Below the pieces are notes generated by a model. It ran no database searches, was not told where the DNA came from, and worked only from the letters and a program-made list of their open reading frames with translations. Positions 50,399 through 60,399 of a stretch of DNA of 64,000 nucleotides are shown here, one piece after another (within the stretch, counting starts at the first letter, position 1; each line of letters begins with the position of its first letter). The stretch spans positions 1,696,001 to 1,760,000 of the forward strand of contig OY969934.1 in NCBI GenBank assembly GCA_963704725.1, in the 5' to 3' direction. The translations under genes were made by a program, and so were the position numbers. The stretch comes from an uncultured Actinomycetes bacterium. GTDB lineage: Bacteria; Actinomycetota; UBA4738; HRBIN12.

Positions 50399-51178
50399 AT
50401 GACCGAACCGGTGACGCTGGAGATCCGGGGCCTGGAGGCCTCGGTGGAGGACAAGCCGATCCTGAAGGGGATCGACCTGGTCGTGAAGCAGGGCGAGACC
50501 CACGCCCTGATGGGGCCGAACGGGTCGGGCAAGTCGACGCTCGCCAACGTCCTCATGGGGCGGCCCGGATACCGGCTCACGGCCGGACAGGTCCTGTTCA
50601 AGGGCGAGGACATCACCAAGCTCACGGCCGACAAGCGAGCGGAGCGAGGGCTGTTCCTGGCGATGCAGTACCCGGTCGAGATCCCCGGCGTCTCGGTCGT
50701 GAACTTCCTTCGGACGGCGTACAAGAACGTCAAGGGTGAGGAGATCAGCGCCCTGGCCTTCCGCAAGCACATGAAGGAGAAGATGAACCTGCTCGGGGTC
50801 GAAGACGCCATGGTCCAGCGATACGTGAACCAGGGCTTCTCCGGCGGCGAGAAGAAGAAGAACGAGGTCCTGCAGCTCGCGGTGCTCGAGCCCGAGATCG
50901 CGGTGCTCGACGAGACGGACTCCGGTCTGGACATCGACTCGCTGAAGGCGGTGGCGACCGGGATCGCCCAGCTGATCGGCCCCAACCTCGGCGTGTTGCT
51001 CATCACGCACTACCAGCGCATCCTCGACTACATCACGCCCGACTTCGTTCACGTGATGGTGGATGGACGTATCGTGAAGTCGGGCGGCAAGGAGCTCGCA
51101 CACGAGCTCGAGGACAAGGGCTACGAGGGCCTGCGCAAGGAGCTCGGCCTCGAGGATGCCGCGGCGGCGACCACGTGA
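50399..51178 (+). CDS. sufC: Fe-S assembly ATPase SufC
   Basis: GPNGSGKST, QYPVEIPGV, GFSGGEKK, LDETDSGLDID, ITHYQRIL. Confidence 0.97.
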   Translation: MTEPVTLEIRGLEASVEDKPILKGIDLVVKQGETHALMGPNGSGKSTLANVLMGRPGYRLTAGQVLFKGEDITKLTADKRAERGLFLAMQYPVEIPGVSVVNFLRTAYKNVKGEEISALAFRKHMKEKMNLLGVEDAMVQRYVNQGFSGGEKKKNEVLQLAVLEPEIAVLDETDSGLDIDSLKAVATGIAQLIGPNLGVLLITHYQRILDYITPDFVHVMVDGRIVKSGGKELAHELEDKGYEGLRKELGLEDAAAATT

Positions 51179-51197
51179 TCGGGGAGGGGAGGGTGCG

Positions 51198-52451
51198 ATG
51201 TCGGTGACCGAAGAGCGGTCCGCGGGCCGTCTGGACGTCGCCCGGGTCCGGGCGGACTTCCCGATCCTGGAGCGGGTCATCAACGGCAAGCCGCTCGTCT
51301 ACCTGGACTCCGCCGCGACCTCGCAGAAGCCGGCCGCCGTGATCGACGCCGAGGCCGACTTCTACCGGAACCACAACGCCAACGCGCACCGCGGCATCTA
51401 CGCGCTCGCGGAGGAGGCGACCACGCTGTACGAGGACGCCAGGGCTTCGCTGGCCCGGTTCGTCGGCGCCCCACAGCCGGAGACGATCGTGTTCACGCGC
51501 GGGACGACCGAGTCCACCAACCTCGTCGCGTACGCCTGGGCCAGGCGGTTCCTGTCCGAGGGCGACGAGATCCTCCTCACCGACATGGAGCACCATTCCA
51601 ACATCGTGCCGTGGCAGCTCGCGGCGCGGACCACCGGCGCCGAGCTGCGGTACCTGCCCCTGACCGACGAGGGCCTGCTCGACCTGTCCGAGCTCGGCTC
51701 GCTGCTCACCGAGCGCACCAAGCTCCTGGCCGTCACGGGGATGTCCAACTCGCTGGGGACGCTGCCGCCGCTCCGCGAGCTCGTGGAGGCGGCGCACGCC
51801 GTGGGGGCGCTCGTCCTGGTGGACGGGGCGCAGCTCGTCCCACACGTGCCGGTGGACGTCACGGCGCTCGACTGCGACTTCCTCACGATCAGCGGACACA
51901 AGATGCTGGGCCCCACCGGGTCGGGCGGCCTGTACGGCAAGCTCGAGCACCTCGAGGCCATGGACCCGTTCATCTCGGGCGGCCACATGATCGACGAGGT
52001 CTTCCACGACCGCTCGACGTGGAACACGGTCCCGTTCAAGTTCGAGGGCGGCACGATGAACATCGCGCAGGAGGCTGCGCTCGGGACCGCGATCACGTAT
52101 CTGGAGAGCCTCGGGATGGACGCCGTTCGCGAGCACGAGGAGGAGATCACGTCATACGCGATCGACCGCCTCCTCGACGTCGGCGCGACCGTGTACGGAC
52201 CCAAGGACGTGAGCGTGCGCGGCGGCGCGGTCTCGTTCTGGTACAAGGACGTGCACCCCCACGACCTCGCGACGATCCTCAACGAGGAAGGGGTCGCGAT
52301 CCGTGCGGGGCACCACTGCAACCAGCTCGTCATGCGCCGGTTCGGGGTGCCGGCGACGGCGCGCGCGAGCTTCTACGTGTACAACACCAGGGACGAGGTC
52401 GACGCGCTCATCGAGGCCCTGGCCAAGGCCGAGAGCGTGTTCGGGTTCTGA
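51198..52451 (+). CDS. sufS: Cysteine desulfurase SufS
   Basis: YLDSAATSQKP, EHHSNIVPW, SGHKM, RAGHHC. Confidence 0.97.
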   Translation: MSVTEERSAGRLDVARVRADFPILERVINGKPLVYLDSAATSQKPAAVIDAEADFYRNHNANAHRGIYALAEEATTLYEDARASLARFVGAPQPETIVFTRGTTESTNLVAYAWARRFLSEGDEILLTDMEHHSNIVPWQLAARTTGAELRYLPLTDEGLLDLSELGSLLTERTKLLAVTGMSNSLGTLPPLRELVEAAHAVGALVLVDGAQLVPHVPVDVTALDCDFLTISGHKMLGPTGSGGLYGKLEHLEAMDPFISGGHMIDEVFHDRSTWNTVPFKFEGGTMNIAQEAALGTAITYLESLGMDAVREHEEEITSYAIDRLLDVGATVYGPKDVSVRGGAVSFWYKDVHPHDLATILNEEGVAIRAGHHCNQLVMRRFGVPATARASFYVYNTRDEVDALIEALAKAESVFGF

Positions 52452-52468
52452 CGGGGAGCTGAGGGGAC

Positions 52469-52918
52469 GTGGCGCTCGACGAGATCTACAAGGAGGTCAT
52501 CCTCGACCACTACAAGAACCCCCGGAACAAGCGGGAGATGCCCGACGCGGAGCTGACCTGCTCCAAGAACAACCCGCTGTGCGGCGACGAGATCACGGTC
52601 TTCGTCCACCGGGAGGACGGCAAGGTGCTCGAGGTCTCGTTCGTCGGCCAGGGATGCTCGATCAGCCAGTCCTCGGCGTCGATGATGACCGAGGCCGTGA
52701 GCGGCAGGACCGTCGAGGAGGTCGACGCGCTGGCCGGGAGCGTCCGCGCCATGCTCTCCGGAGAGCTCGAGCCCGACGAGGACGCCTTCGGCGAGCTCGT
52801 CGCGCTCAAGGGCGTGGTGAAGTACCCCGTCCGCGTGAAGTGCGCCGTGCTGGCGTGGGACGTGCTCCAGGAGGCCCTCGCCGGCGAGGGCTCGAGCAGC
52901 GGGAGCTCTCCTCACTAG
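52469..52918 (+). CDS. sufU: SufU sulfur-transfer protein
   Basis: ILDHYKNPRN, NPLCGD, GCSISQSS, RVKCA. Confidence 0.96.
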   Translation: MALDEIYKEVILDHYKNPRNKREMPDAELTCSKNNPLCGDEITVFVHREDGKVLEVSFVGQGCSISQSSASMMTEAVSGRTVEEVDALAGSVRAMLSGELEPDEDAFGELVALKGVVKYPVRVKCAVLAWDVLQEALAGEGSSSGSSPH

Positions 52919-53659
52919 TTAGCTACGCCGGATCCCCACGAAGCCCTCGGATCCGACGGGCCACCACTCCGCCGGGAGCGGGATCGACGCAGCCTCGAAC
53001 CCGGCCCGGCGCAGGAGCTCGAGCCAGGCCGCTCGCGGGAAGAGTCCGCACACGTGCCGGTCGTGCTCCACCCGCACGGACCCGTCGAGCTCCCGCAGGA
53101 CGTAGACGAGGTCCATCAGGTGCGTCTCGTCACCCGGATCGGGATCCCACGTCCAGTCGAGGTAGCGCATCGCCCGGTCCGGCCCGTCCTGGCCGCCGTG
53201 GTCGGTCCCCGGGACGAAGGTCTCGAGGATCCAGTCCGGGACGAAGAGCGCGGCGCCGCCCGGGCGGCAGTGTTCGTGCGCCGTGATGAAGACGTCGAAC
53301 AGGTCGTCCCGGCTCGTGATGTAGGCGATCGCGTCGTGCACGAACACCGCGTCGAACGTCCGGCCGAGGCGGACCGTGCGCATGTCGCCCTGCAGGTGCT
53401 CACACTCGGGGTTGAGACGGCGACTCACGGCGAGCATCTGCGGCGAGCGGTCGACGAGGGTCAGCCGGAACCGGCGCTTGAGATGGGAGGCGTTGTTGCC
53501 GCCGCCCGATCCGAGCTCGAGCACGCGCTCGACCGGCCCATCCACGCTCTCCTCGAGGACGCGGCGGTATCGCTCCGCATCGTCGGCGTAGTCCTGCGGG
53601 GCGGACAGCAGCGGCCACCACTCGGCGAGCTCTTCGTACAGCTTCGGTCCGGATCCCAT
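52919..53659 (-). CDS. Class I SAM-dependent methyltransferase
   Basis: VLELGSGGG, GDMRTVRLGRTFDAVFVHD. Confidence 0.88.
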   Translation of the reverse strand: MGSGPKLYEELAEWWPLLSAPQDYADDAERYRRVLEESVDGPVERVLELGSGGGNNASHLKRRFRLTLVDRSPQMLAVSRRLNPECEHLQGDMRTVRLGRTFDAVFVHDAIAYITSRDDLFDVFITAHEHCRPGGAALFVPDWILETFVPGTDHGGQDGPDRAMRYLDWTWDPDPGDETHLMDLVYVLRELDGSVRVEHDRHVCGLFPRAAWLELLRRAGFEAASIPLPAEWWPVGSEGFVGIRRS

Positions 53660-53717
53660 CCCGACAGCCTAGAGGGCTCCGTCGCATGGGGGGCGGGAGG
53701 CTCTACGCTTCGGGGCC

Positions 53718-54779
53718 GTGCCGAAGATCAAGCCGTCGCTCGACTGGCTCCTCGCGCTCGTCCCCGCCTCGATCGCGCTCCGGGCGGCGGGCGGCAGCGA
53801 TCTCCTGATCTTCGCCATGTCCGCCGGAGCGATCGTGCCGCTCGCGGGGCTGATCGGTCGGTCGACGGAGCAGCTTGCGCTGCATACCGGCCCGCGGATC
53901 GGCGGCCTCGTCAACGCCACGTTCGGCAACGTGACGGAGCTGATCATCTCCATCTTCCTGATCCTGGACGACGAGATCGAGATCGTGAAGGCCTCGCTCA
54001 CCGGCTCGATCCTGGGCAACCTCCTCCTCGTCCTGGGGGCGTCGTTCCTCGCCGGCGGGATCAAGCACGAGGAGCAGACGTACAACGCGCGGGCGGCGAC
54101 CGTCCACGCCACGTCCCTGGTGCTGGCGGTCACGGGCCTGCTCATGCCGGCGCTGTTCGCGCACGGGACCGGGGGGGACACACCCCTGCAACGCGAGGTC
54201 GTGAGCGGGACCGTGGCCGCCGTCCTCATCGCGCTCTACGTCGCGGCGCTCGCGTTCATGCTCGTCACGCACGAGCACCTGTTCCGGACGCCCGCGGCCG
54301 GCGAGCGGCCGAGCTGGTCCCGGGGCCGGGCGGTGGGGATGCTGCTGCTGGCGACCGCGCTCGTCGCGCTCGAGTCCGAGCTGCTCGTCGGCTCGTTGGA
54401 GCCCGCGCTCGAGGACCTGGGGCTGTCGAACCTCTTCGTCGGCCTGATCCTGATCCCGATCATCGGCAACGCGGCGGAGCACAGCTCGGCGGTACGCTTC
54501 GCGTTGCAGGACCAGCTGGACGTCACGCTCGAGATCGCGATCGGATCCTCCACCCAGATCGCCCTGTTCGTTGCGCCGGCGCTGGTCTTCGTCAGCCTGG
54601 CCGTCGGCCACCCCATGGACTTCGTGTTCAGCACCTTCGAGGTCGCCGCGGTGGCCCTGTCCACGGTGCTGGTGTTCATGATCTCGAGCGACGGGCGCTC
54701 CAACTGGCTCGAGGGCGCCCAGCTCACCGGCGCGTACGTCATCATGGCCATCTCGTTCTTCTTCGTGGAGGCTCTGTGA
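53718..54779 (+). CDS. Ca2+/H+ exchanger (CAX/ChaA family)
   Basis: NATFGNVTE and GNAAEH repeats, GSSTQIALFVAP, SNWLEG. Confidence 0.93.
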   Translation: MPKIKPSLDWLLALVPASIALRAAGGSDLLIFAMSAGAIVPLAGLIGRSTEQLALHTGPRIGGLVNATFGNVTELIISIFLILDDEIEIVKASLTGSILGNLLLVLGASFLAGGIKHEEQTYNARAATVHATSLVLAVTGLLMPALFAHGTGGDTPLQREVVSGTVAAVLIALYVAALAFMLVTHEHLFRTPAAGERPSWSRGRAVGMLLLATALVALESELLVGSLEPALEDLGLSNLFVGLILIPIIGNAAEHSSAVRFALQDQLDVTLEIAIGSSTQIALFVAPALVFVSLAVGHPMDFVFSTFEVAAVALSTVLVFMISSDGRSNWLEGAQLTGAYVIMAISFFFVEAL

Positions 54780-56587
54780 AGCGGTCACTCTCGATCGCCG
54801 GGCTGCTCGTCGTGGCGGGTCTCGCGCTGGTCCGAGCGGCACCCGCGCGAGCCCAGGGGTTCACGCCGGAGTCGACGCCGACGTTCGACGTCCGGATCGT
54901 GATCGAGCCGAGCGGCACGCTCCAGATCACCGAGACGATCGTCCAGGACTTCGGTGACACACCCCGCCACGGGATCTACCGGTACATCCCCGACCGGCTG
55001 CGGTACGACGACCGGTACGATCGCGTGTACCCCATCGAGCTGGTCTCGGTGACGACGTCCCCGAACACTCCCGACGACGTCGAGACGAGCGAGGAGAACG
55101 GGAGCTTCGTCGTCCGCATCGGCGATCCCGACACCACGATCCGCGGCGAGCACACGTACACGATCGTCTACCGGGTCGAGGGGGCGATGAACCGGTTCGC
55201 CGATCACGACGAGCTCTACTGGAACGCGATCAGCGACCAGTGGGAGCAGCCGATCGGGCGGATGCGCGTCCGGGTGGAAGGGCCGGCCCCCATCGCGCGC
55301 CTCGCGTGCTTCGAGGGCCCGTTCGGGTCCACGTTCTCGTGTACGCGGGCCGAGATCAAGGGTGGCGACGGCGTGTTCGTCCAGGAGGAGCTCGGGGCGT
55401 TTACGGCGATGTCCGTGGTGGTCGCGCTCCCGCCGGGGACCGTGGCGAACACCGCCCCCGTCCTGGACGAGCGGTGGAGCTTCGACCGAGCGTTCGAGCG
55501 GACGCCGCTCACGGTGGGGGGTGCCGCCGGGCTCCTCGTGATCGTCGTGGCCGGGTTCGCGAGGCTCGTGTGGCGGCGGGGCCGGGACGTCCGGTACGCG
55601 GGCTCGCAGGTGGACCAGGTGATGGGCGCGCCGAAAGGGACCCCCACGCAGGCGGTTCGGCTCTTCGAGAGGGGGGAGGGGCCGGTGGAGTTCGCGCCGC
55701 CGGAGCATCTCCGGCCCGGCGAGGTCGGCACGCTGATCGACGAGGAGGCCAACACCCTCGACGTGACCTCGACCATCGTCGATCTCGCGGTGCGCGGGTT
55801 CCTGGTGATCGAGGAGATCCCCAAGACGTGGTTCCTGGGCAAGCCCGACTGGAAGCTCACCCGGCTGCCCGCCGACGAGGAACAGCTCCTGCCGTACGAG
55901 CGAAAGCTCCTGGACGGGCTGTTCGAGAGCGGAGCCGAGGTGGAGCTCTCAGATCTGCGGAAGAAGTTCGCGGAGCGGCTGCAGAAGGTGAAGGACGCCC
56001 TGTACACGGACGTCGTCGGCAAGGGGTGGTTCCTGCGGCGGCCCGACAAGGTTCGCCAGATGTGGACGGGCATCGGCGTGGCGGCGCTCGTGGTCGCGAT
56101 CGGGGCGCTGATCGCGCTGGCCGCGCTCACGCACGACGGCCTGTTGGGCGTGCCCCTCGTGATCGGCGGGATCCTGCTGATGGCCGGGGCGAAGCGGATG
56201 CCGCGACGGACGGCGAAGGGGACGGCCATGACGCGGCGGGTGAACGGGTTCCGCCGCGTGATCGAGACCGCCGAGGAGCACACCGCGAAGTGGGCCGAGC
56301 AGGAGCACGTGTTCACGCGCTTCCTGCCGTACGCGATCGTGTTCGGCGTCACGGACCGGTGGGCCAGGACCTTCGAGGCGCTCGGCGAGCTGCCGTCGGA
56401 CGACTTCAGCTGGTACGTGAGCACGCGACCGTTCGTCGTCGCCGAGTTCGCCCACAGCCTGGACTCGTTCTCCGTGACCACGAGCGGCATCATCTCGTCG
56501 ACGCCGTCCGGCTCGGGCGGGAGCGGGTTCGGGGGCGGCGGGTTCTCGGGCGGGGGCGGAGGCGGCGGGGGCGGAGGCTCCTGGTAG
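54776..56587 (+). CDS. DUF2207 membrane protein
   Basis: Signal peptide, HGIYRYIP, DELYWN, DLAVRG, LPYAIVFG, Gly-rich GGGGGSW tail; GTGA-coupled. Confidence 0.9.
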   Translation: MKRSLSIAGLLVVAGLALVRAAPARAQGFTPESTPTFDVRIVIEPSGTLQITETIVQDFGDTPRHGIYRYIPDRLRYDDRYDRVYPIELVSVTTSPNTPDDVETSEENGSFVVRIGDPDTTIRGEHTYTIVYRVEGAMNRFADHDELYWNAISDQWEQPIGRMRVRVEGPAPIARLACFEGPFGSTFSCTRAEIKGGDGVFVQEELGAFTAMSVVVALPPGTVANTAPVLDERWSFDRAFERTPLTVGGAAGLLVIVVAGFARLVWRRGRDVRYAGSQVDQVMGAPKGTPTQAVRLFERGEGPVEFAPPEHLRPGEVGTLIDEEANTLDVTSTIVDLAVRGFLVIEEIPKTWFLGKPDWKLTRLPADEEQLLPYERKLLDGLFESGAEVELSDLRKKFAERLQKVKDALYTDVVGKGWFLRRPDKVRQMWTGIGVAALVVAIGALIALAALTHDGLLGVPLVIGGILLMAGAKRMPRRTAKGTAMTRRVNGFRRVIETAEEHTAKWAEQEHVFTRFLPYAIVFGVTDRWARTFEALGELPSDDFSWYVSTRPFVVAEFAHSLDSFSVTTSGIISSTPSGSGGSGFGGGGFSGGGGGGGGGGSW

Positions 56588-56628
56588 GGTCGGGAACACC
56601 TTCCGGCGCAGGCCCGTTCGGATCGACC

Positions 56629-57633
56629 GTGGACATCGTCTTCTCCGAGGATCCTCAAGACTTCGCCCGGCGCGACTGGTCGACGCTCGTGACGGCGGAT
56701 CCCTCCGGCACGTTCTTCCACACGCCGCAGTACCTCAAGCTGTACTGGGAGGAGTTCGGCGCCAGGCCCGAGCACCTGCTGCTCGCGTTCGCGGAGGAGG
56801 ACGGCGCGCAGGTGGGCGCCGTGGCGTTCGAGCGGATCGGGACGACGCTGCGCTTCCTCGGTGGGACGGAGGTCACGGACTACCTCGGGCCGGTGGCGTT
56901 GCCGGAGACCCAGCCGGCCGTGGCCAAGGAGCTGTTCGCCGCGCTGGACCGGGTCGACGGGTGGACGGACGCCGATCTGCGCGGGCTCCCGGCGGATCGA
57001 CCGTGGTTGGAGCTGCTGGCGGGGTCGGCGCAGGCGGCGGGGCTGACCGTCGAGATCGAGGACGAGCCGAACGGCGTGGCCCCGTTCCTGGCCACCCCCG
57101 GGTCCTACGACGAGTACCTGGAGCAGCTCCCGGCCAAGCTGCGCCATGAGATCAAGCGGAAGGCGCGCAAGCTCGAGGTCGAGGCCGGCCCTTGGCACAT
57201 CTGCCTGGCCACGCAGGACACGCTGGAGGAGTTCCTCGACCGCTTCGTCGAGCTGCATCGCTCGAGCGACGGGCCCAAGGGGGTGTTCCTGCAACCGGGG
57301 ATGGAGATCTTCTTCCGGCGCCTCGGCGAGGCGTTCCTGCCGCGGGGCATCTTCAACCTCACGTTCATCGAGCTCGACGGCCATCGCAAGCTGGCCGGGA
57401 CGATCGGCTTCCGGTTCGAGGGCACGTACTCGCTGTACAACTCGGCCTTCGACCGCGCCTATCAGGCGGTGTCTCCGGGGATGGTGCTCGTGGCCGAGGA
57501 CATCAGGATCGCCATCGAGGCGGGGTGCTCGGCGTTCGACCTGCTCAAGGGGGACTACGCGTACAAATACCGGTTCGGCGCGGTGCCCCGGGTGATCAAG
57601 CGGCTGGCCGTGCGGAGGTCGTCGAGCTCCTGA
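56629..57633 (+). CDS. GNAT-family acetyltransferase (CelD/BcsL-like)
   Basis: FHTPQY, TDYLG, YDEYL, YNSAFD..SPGMVL, FDLLKGDYAYKYRFG. Confidence 0.85.
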   Translation: MDIVFSEDPQDFARRDWSTLVTADPSGTFFHTPQYLKLYWEEFGARPEHLLLAFAEEDGAQVGAVAFERIGTTLRFLGGTEVTDYLGPVALPETQPAVAKELFAALDRVDGWTDADLRGLPADRPWLELLAGSAQAAGLTVEIEDEPNGVAPFLATPGSYDEYLEQLPAKLRHEIKRKARKLEVEAGPWHICLATQDTLEEFLDRFVELHRSSDGPKGVFLQPGMEIFFRRLGEAFLPRGIFNLTFIELDGHRKLAGTIGFRFEGTYSLYNSAFDRAYQAVSPGMVLVAEDIRIAIEAGCSAFDLLKGDYAYKYRFGAVPRVIKRLAVRRSSSS

Positions 57634-57639
57634 CGATGC

Positions 57640-58347
57640 TCAGGTCCGCACGACGTCGGCGCTCGCGATCAGCCCCTCGTCGTCCCAGACGTTGACACGT
57701 TCGAAGCGCGTCAGGTCCGACGACGTCACCAGCCACGTCGACGCCTCGCCGCCGGTCCCGAAGTCCATCTCGTGCAGGTCGATGGTCTGCTCGCCGCCGA
57801 GCAGCGTGACGTTCGCGGTGCCGTCCAGGCCCGGCGCGCGGACCAGGACGAGCACCCACGACTGCCCCACCTTCGAGTCGTAGATCACAACGCTGCCCTG
57901 CAGCTCCTGCGAGCCGGCTGCCCGCAGCTCGCCGACCCGGACGTCCTCGCCCCCCAGGACGCCGAGGAGGGTGTCGTACTTCTCCGCCCGCTCCGAAAGG
58001 TGCGAGGCGCGCACGGTGGCGAATCCACCCCAGGCGAGCGCGGTGAGGATGGCCGCGGCGGCCGCGACGCGAGGCACCCACCGGGACCGGCTCCGGGTGG
58101 TCAGGATGACGGGAGCCTCGGCCCACTCCTCCTGCAGCGCCCCGAGGACGCGGTCCCTGAGCTCCGGCGGGGGCTCGACGTCGTGGGCCGCGGTGGCGAA
58201 CGTGCTCACGCCCTCGGCCAGGGCCGCCATCTCGGCGCGGCACGATGCGCACCCCCGCAGGTGCATCCGCACCTCGGCGTCGTCGTCGGCGCTCAGCCCT
58301 CCGAGGAGATGCTCAGCGAGCTGCTCGCGAACATGCTCACACGTCAC
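57640..58347 (-). CDS. Zinc-finger anti-sigma factor (RskA-like)
   Basis: HLRGCASC (HxxxCxxC), PPPELRDRVL, one TM helix. Confidence 0.88.
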   Translation of the reverse strand: MTCEHVREQLAEHLLGGLSADDDAEVRMHLRGCASCRAEMAALAEGVSTFATAAHDVEPPPELRDRVLGALQEEWAEAPVILTTRSRSRWVPRVAAAAAILTALAWGGFATVRASHLSERAEKYDTLLGVLGGEDVRVGELRAAGSQELQGSVVIYDSKVGQSWVLVLVRAPGLDGTANVTLLGGEQTIDLHEMDFGTGGEASTWLVTSSDLTRFERVNVWDDEGLIASADVVRT

Positions 58348-58915
58348 GGGTGTGCTCCTGGAGTGCCTCGCGGAGCCTCAACAGTGCCGTCCGTATGCGT
58401 GTCTTCGCCGTCCCGAGGGGGATGCCCTCGAGCTCGGCCACCTCCGCGCTCGTCTTGCCTCCGAAGTAGGCGAGCTCGAGCGCCGCTCGCTGGCCGTCCG
58501 TGAGGGCGGCCATCGCATGGCGAGCCCGGTCGGTCAGGTCGGCGGTCTCGGCGAGATGATCCGGCCCCGGCTCGTCCGACGCCTCCCGCGGGGGGGCCGT
58601 GCGTTCGAGCACGCGGGCCTCGAGCACCCGGCGCCGCAGCGAGTCGATGGCCAGGCTCCGGGCGACCAGGAGCACCCACGTCTCGAGCTTGCCCCGGGTG
58701 GGGTCGTAGCGCTGCGCGTTGCGCCAGAGCTTCACGAAGGTGTCCTGAACCAGGTCCTGCGCGGCGGCGTCTCCGCCGAGCATCACGATCCCGAGCCCGT
58801 ACACGCGCGAGGCGAAGCGGTCGTAGAGCTCTCCGGCCGCGTCCGGCTCGCGCTCGGAGAAGGCTCGCATGAGCGCAGCATCAGAGCTGGGTTCCTTCTC
58901 ACGCACGGTCAGCAC
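58337..58915 (-). CDS. ECF sigma factor (SigK-like)
   Basis: AQDLVQDTFVKLW, YDP.RG, LELAYFGG..EVA...IPLGTAKTRIR. Confidence 0.93.
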   Translation of the reverse strand: MLTVREKEPSSDAALMRAFSEREPDAAGELYDRFASRVYGLGIVMLGGDAAAQDLVQDTFVKLWRNAQRYDPTRGKLETWVLLVARSLAIDSLRRRVLEARVLERTAPPREASDEPGPDHLAETADLTDRARHAMAALTDGQRAALELAYFGGKTSAEVAELEGIPLGTAKTRIRTALLRLREALQEHTRDV

Positions 58916-58966
58916 GGTATCGCAGGGGACTACGCTCGAGCAGCCCCCCCGGTTCGGCCGCGAGGG

Positions 58967-59797
58967 TTATTCGACGAAGGCGTGGAGGTGGTCGAGCACG
59001 GCGCGCGCCAGATCCTCGTCGCCGCCGACGACGAGGCTCCCCTCATCCAGGAACGACGCCGCCTCGTGCCTGCGGCCGGCGACCATGGCGAACGCCAGGC
59101 CCCGACCCTGGACGAACGCGTCCGGCTTGTGGTCCTCGGCGGGCGTCTCACGGGCGGCGAGCCCCCAGTGCCAGCTCCCCTCGCCCACCCCTTCGAGATC
59201 GACCTGGACGCTCCTGCCGGGGAAGGAGAGCCCGGCTCGGCCGAGCGAGTACGGAAGCATGCGGATCGCGAGATCGCTCGTCAGGCACACGGGCCAGTGT
59301 TGGGGGTTCTCCTCGAGGCCCGCGCTCTCGCGGAGGTCCTCGCCGTGGAGCCACCACTCGATGACCCGCGACTGCACGAGGTAGCGGACGCCGATCTCGC
59401 CGGCCACCCAGTCGACCCGCTTCGTTCGCCACTCCTCCTCGTCGAGGCGAGCGCCCAGGGCGAGGAACGCGTCCGCCGCCCGGCCCCAGTCTGCGATGAC
59501 CTGTCGGGCCGGGAGCTCCGCCCGGGTTCGGACCGCCCACTCGTTGAACCCGTTCACCCACAGCTCGCCGTCGTTGGCCTCGCGGAACGCGTCGAGCTCG
59601 ACGGCGGGCTCCCCGGCCACGAGCTGAGCGGCGGCGGTGTCCTGGGCCGCGAGATGCGCGACGAGATCGCGGTTGCGCCATCCCTCGCACACGCTGTCCG
59701 CCTCCCACGTCGCGGCCGGCGCGTACTGGATCGTCCGGCCCAGGCGCGCGCGCTCCGCGTGCGCGATGCCGAGCGTCGTCGTGCGATCAAGGGTCAA
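58967..59797 (-). CDS. Mycothiol-dependent maleylpyruvate isomerase-family (DinB-like) protein
   Basis: SVCEGWRNRDLVAHL, EWWLHGEDLR, SCP2-like C-terminus; GAGGGGG RBS + TTG, TACAAT -10. Confidence 0.82.
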   Translation of the reverse strand: MTLDRTTTLGIAHAERARLGRTIQYAPAATWEADSVCEGWRNRDLVAHLAAQDTAAAQLVAGEPAVELDAFREANDGELWVNGFNEWAVRTRAELPARQVIADWGRAADAFLALGARLDEEEWRTKRVDWVAGEIGVRYLVQSRVIEWWLHGEDLRESAGLEENPQHWPVCLTSDLAIRMLPYSLGRAGLSFPGRSVQVDLEGVGEGSWHWGLAARETPAEDHKPDAFVQGRGLAFAMVAGRRHEAASFLDEGSLVVGGDEDLARAVLDHLHAFVE

Positions 59798-59861
59798 CGT
59801 GGGCGTCCCCCTCGGAGCCGGGTCGCGGCGGATTGTACCCTCGCCGGCTATCGTGCCCGCC

Positions 59862-60359
59862 GTGAGCAAGGCGATCGACCGGTTCCTGCAGGCGGCCCAG
59901 GTCCTGGGACACGAGGTCGAGGTCCGCCGCTTCCCGGAGGGCACGAAGACGGCCAAGGACGCCGCCCGGGCCATCGGCTGCGAGGTCGGTCAGATCGTGA
60001 AGTCCCTCGTCTTCATGGCCGACGACCATCCTGTGCTCGCCCTGACGAGCGGGTCGAACCGGGTCGACGTGGAGGCTCTGGCGATCCTGGCCGGGGTGTC
60101 GAGCGCTCGTCGAGCCGATCCCGAGGAGGCGCGTCTGGCCACCGGGTTCGCGGTCGGCGGGACGCCACCATTCGGCCACCCCGCGCCCGTCCGGACGTTC
60201 CTGGACCGGGATCTGCTGGCTCACGCGGAGATTTGGGCCGCCGCGGGCACACCCGACGCGGTGTTCCGGACGACGCCGGACGAGCTCCTGGGCACGACGA
60301 AGGCCGAGGTCGCGGACCTGAAGGAAATCCGACCGGGGGGATCGGATCTTCCGGGTTGA
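59862..60359 (+). CDS. YbaK/EbsC aminoacyl-tRNA deacylase family protein
   Basis: QIVKSLVF, TGFAVGGTPPFGH, WAAAGT; leaderless GTG 7 nt after TATCGT. Confidence 0.9.
   Translation: MSKAIDRFLQAAQVLGHEVEVRRFPEGTKTAKDAARAIGCEVGQIVKSLVFMADDHPVLALTSGSNRVDVEALAILAGVSSARRADPEEARLATGFAVGGTPPFGHPAPVRTFLDRDLLAHAEIWAAAGTPDAVFRTTPDELLGTTKAEVADLKEIRPGGSDLPG
60326..60349. promoter_or_regulatory. Rrf2-like operator, copy 4 (iscA)
   Basis: AATCCGAC-CGGGGGGA-TCGGATCT inside the ybaK 3' end, upstream of a TACGAT -10 at 60365. Confidence 0.6.
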
Positions 60360-60399
60360 GCTGCTACGATCGACGGGTACTGCCCCGGACGGAGGGACG

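Noticed and set aside
53054-56587. 1177-aa ORF
   Set aside because: An off-frame extension over the methyltransferase and CAX genes; DUF2207 starts at GTG 54776.
56505-56587. GGC-rich low-complexity repeat
   Set aside because: It encodes the normal Gly-rich tail of DUF2207 proteins.
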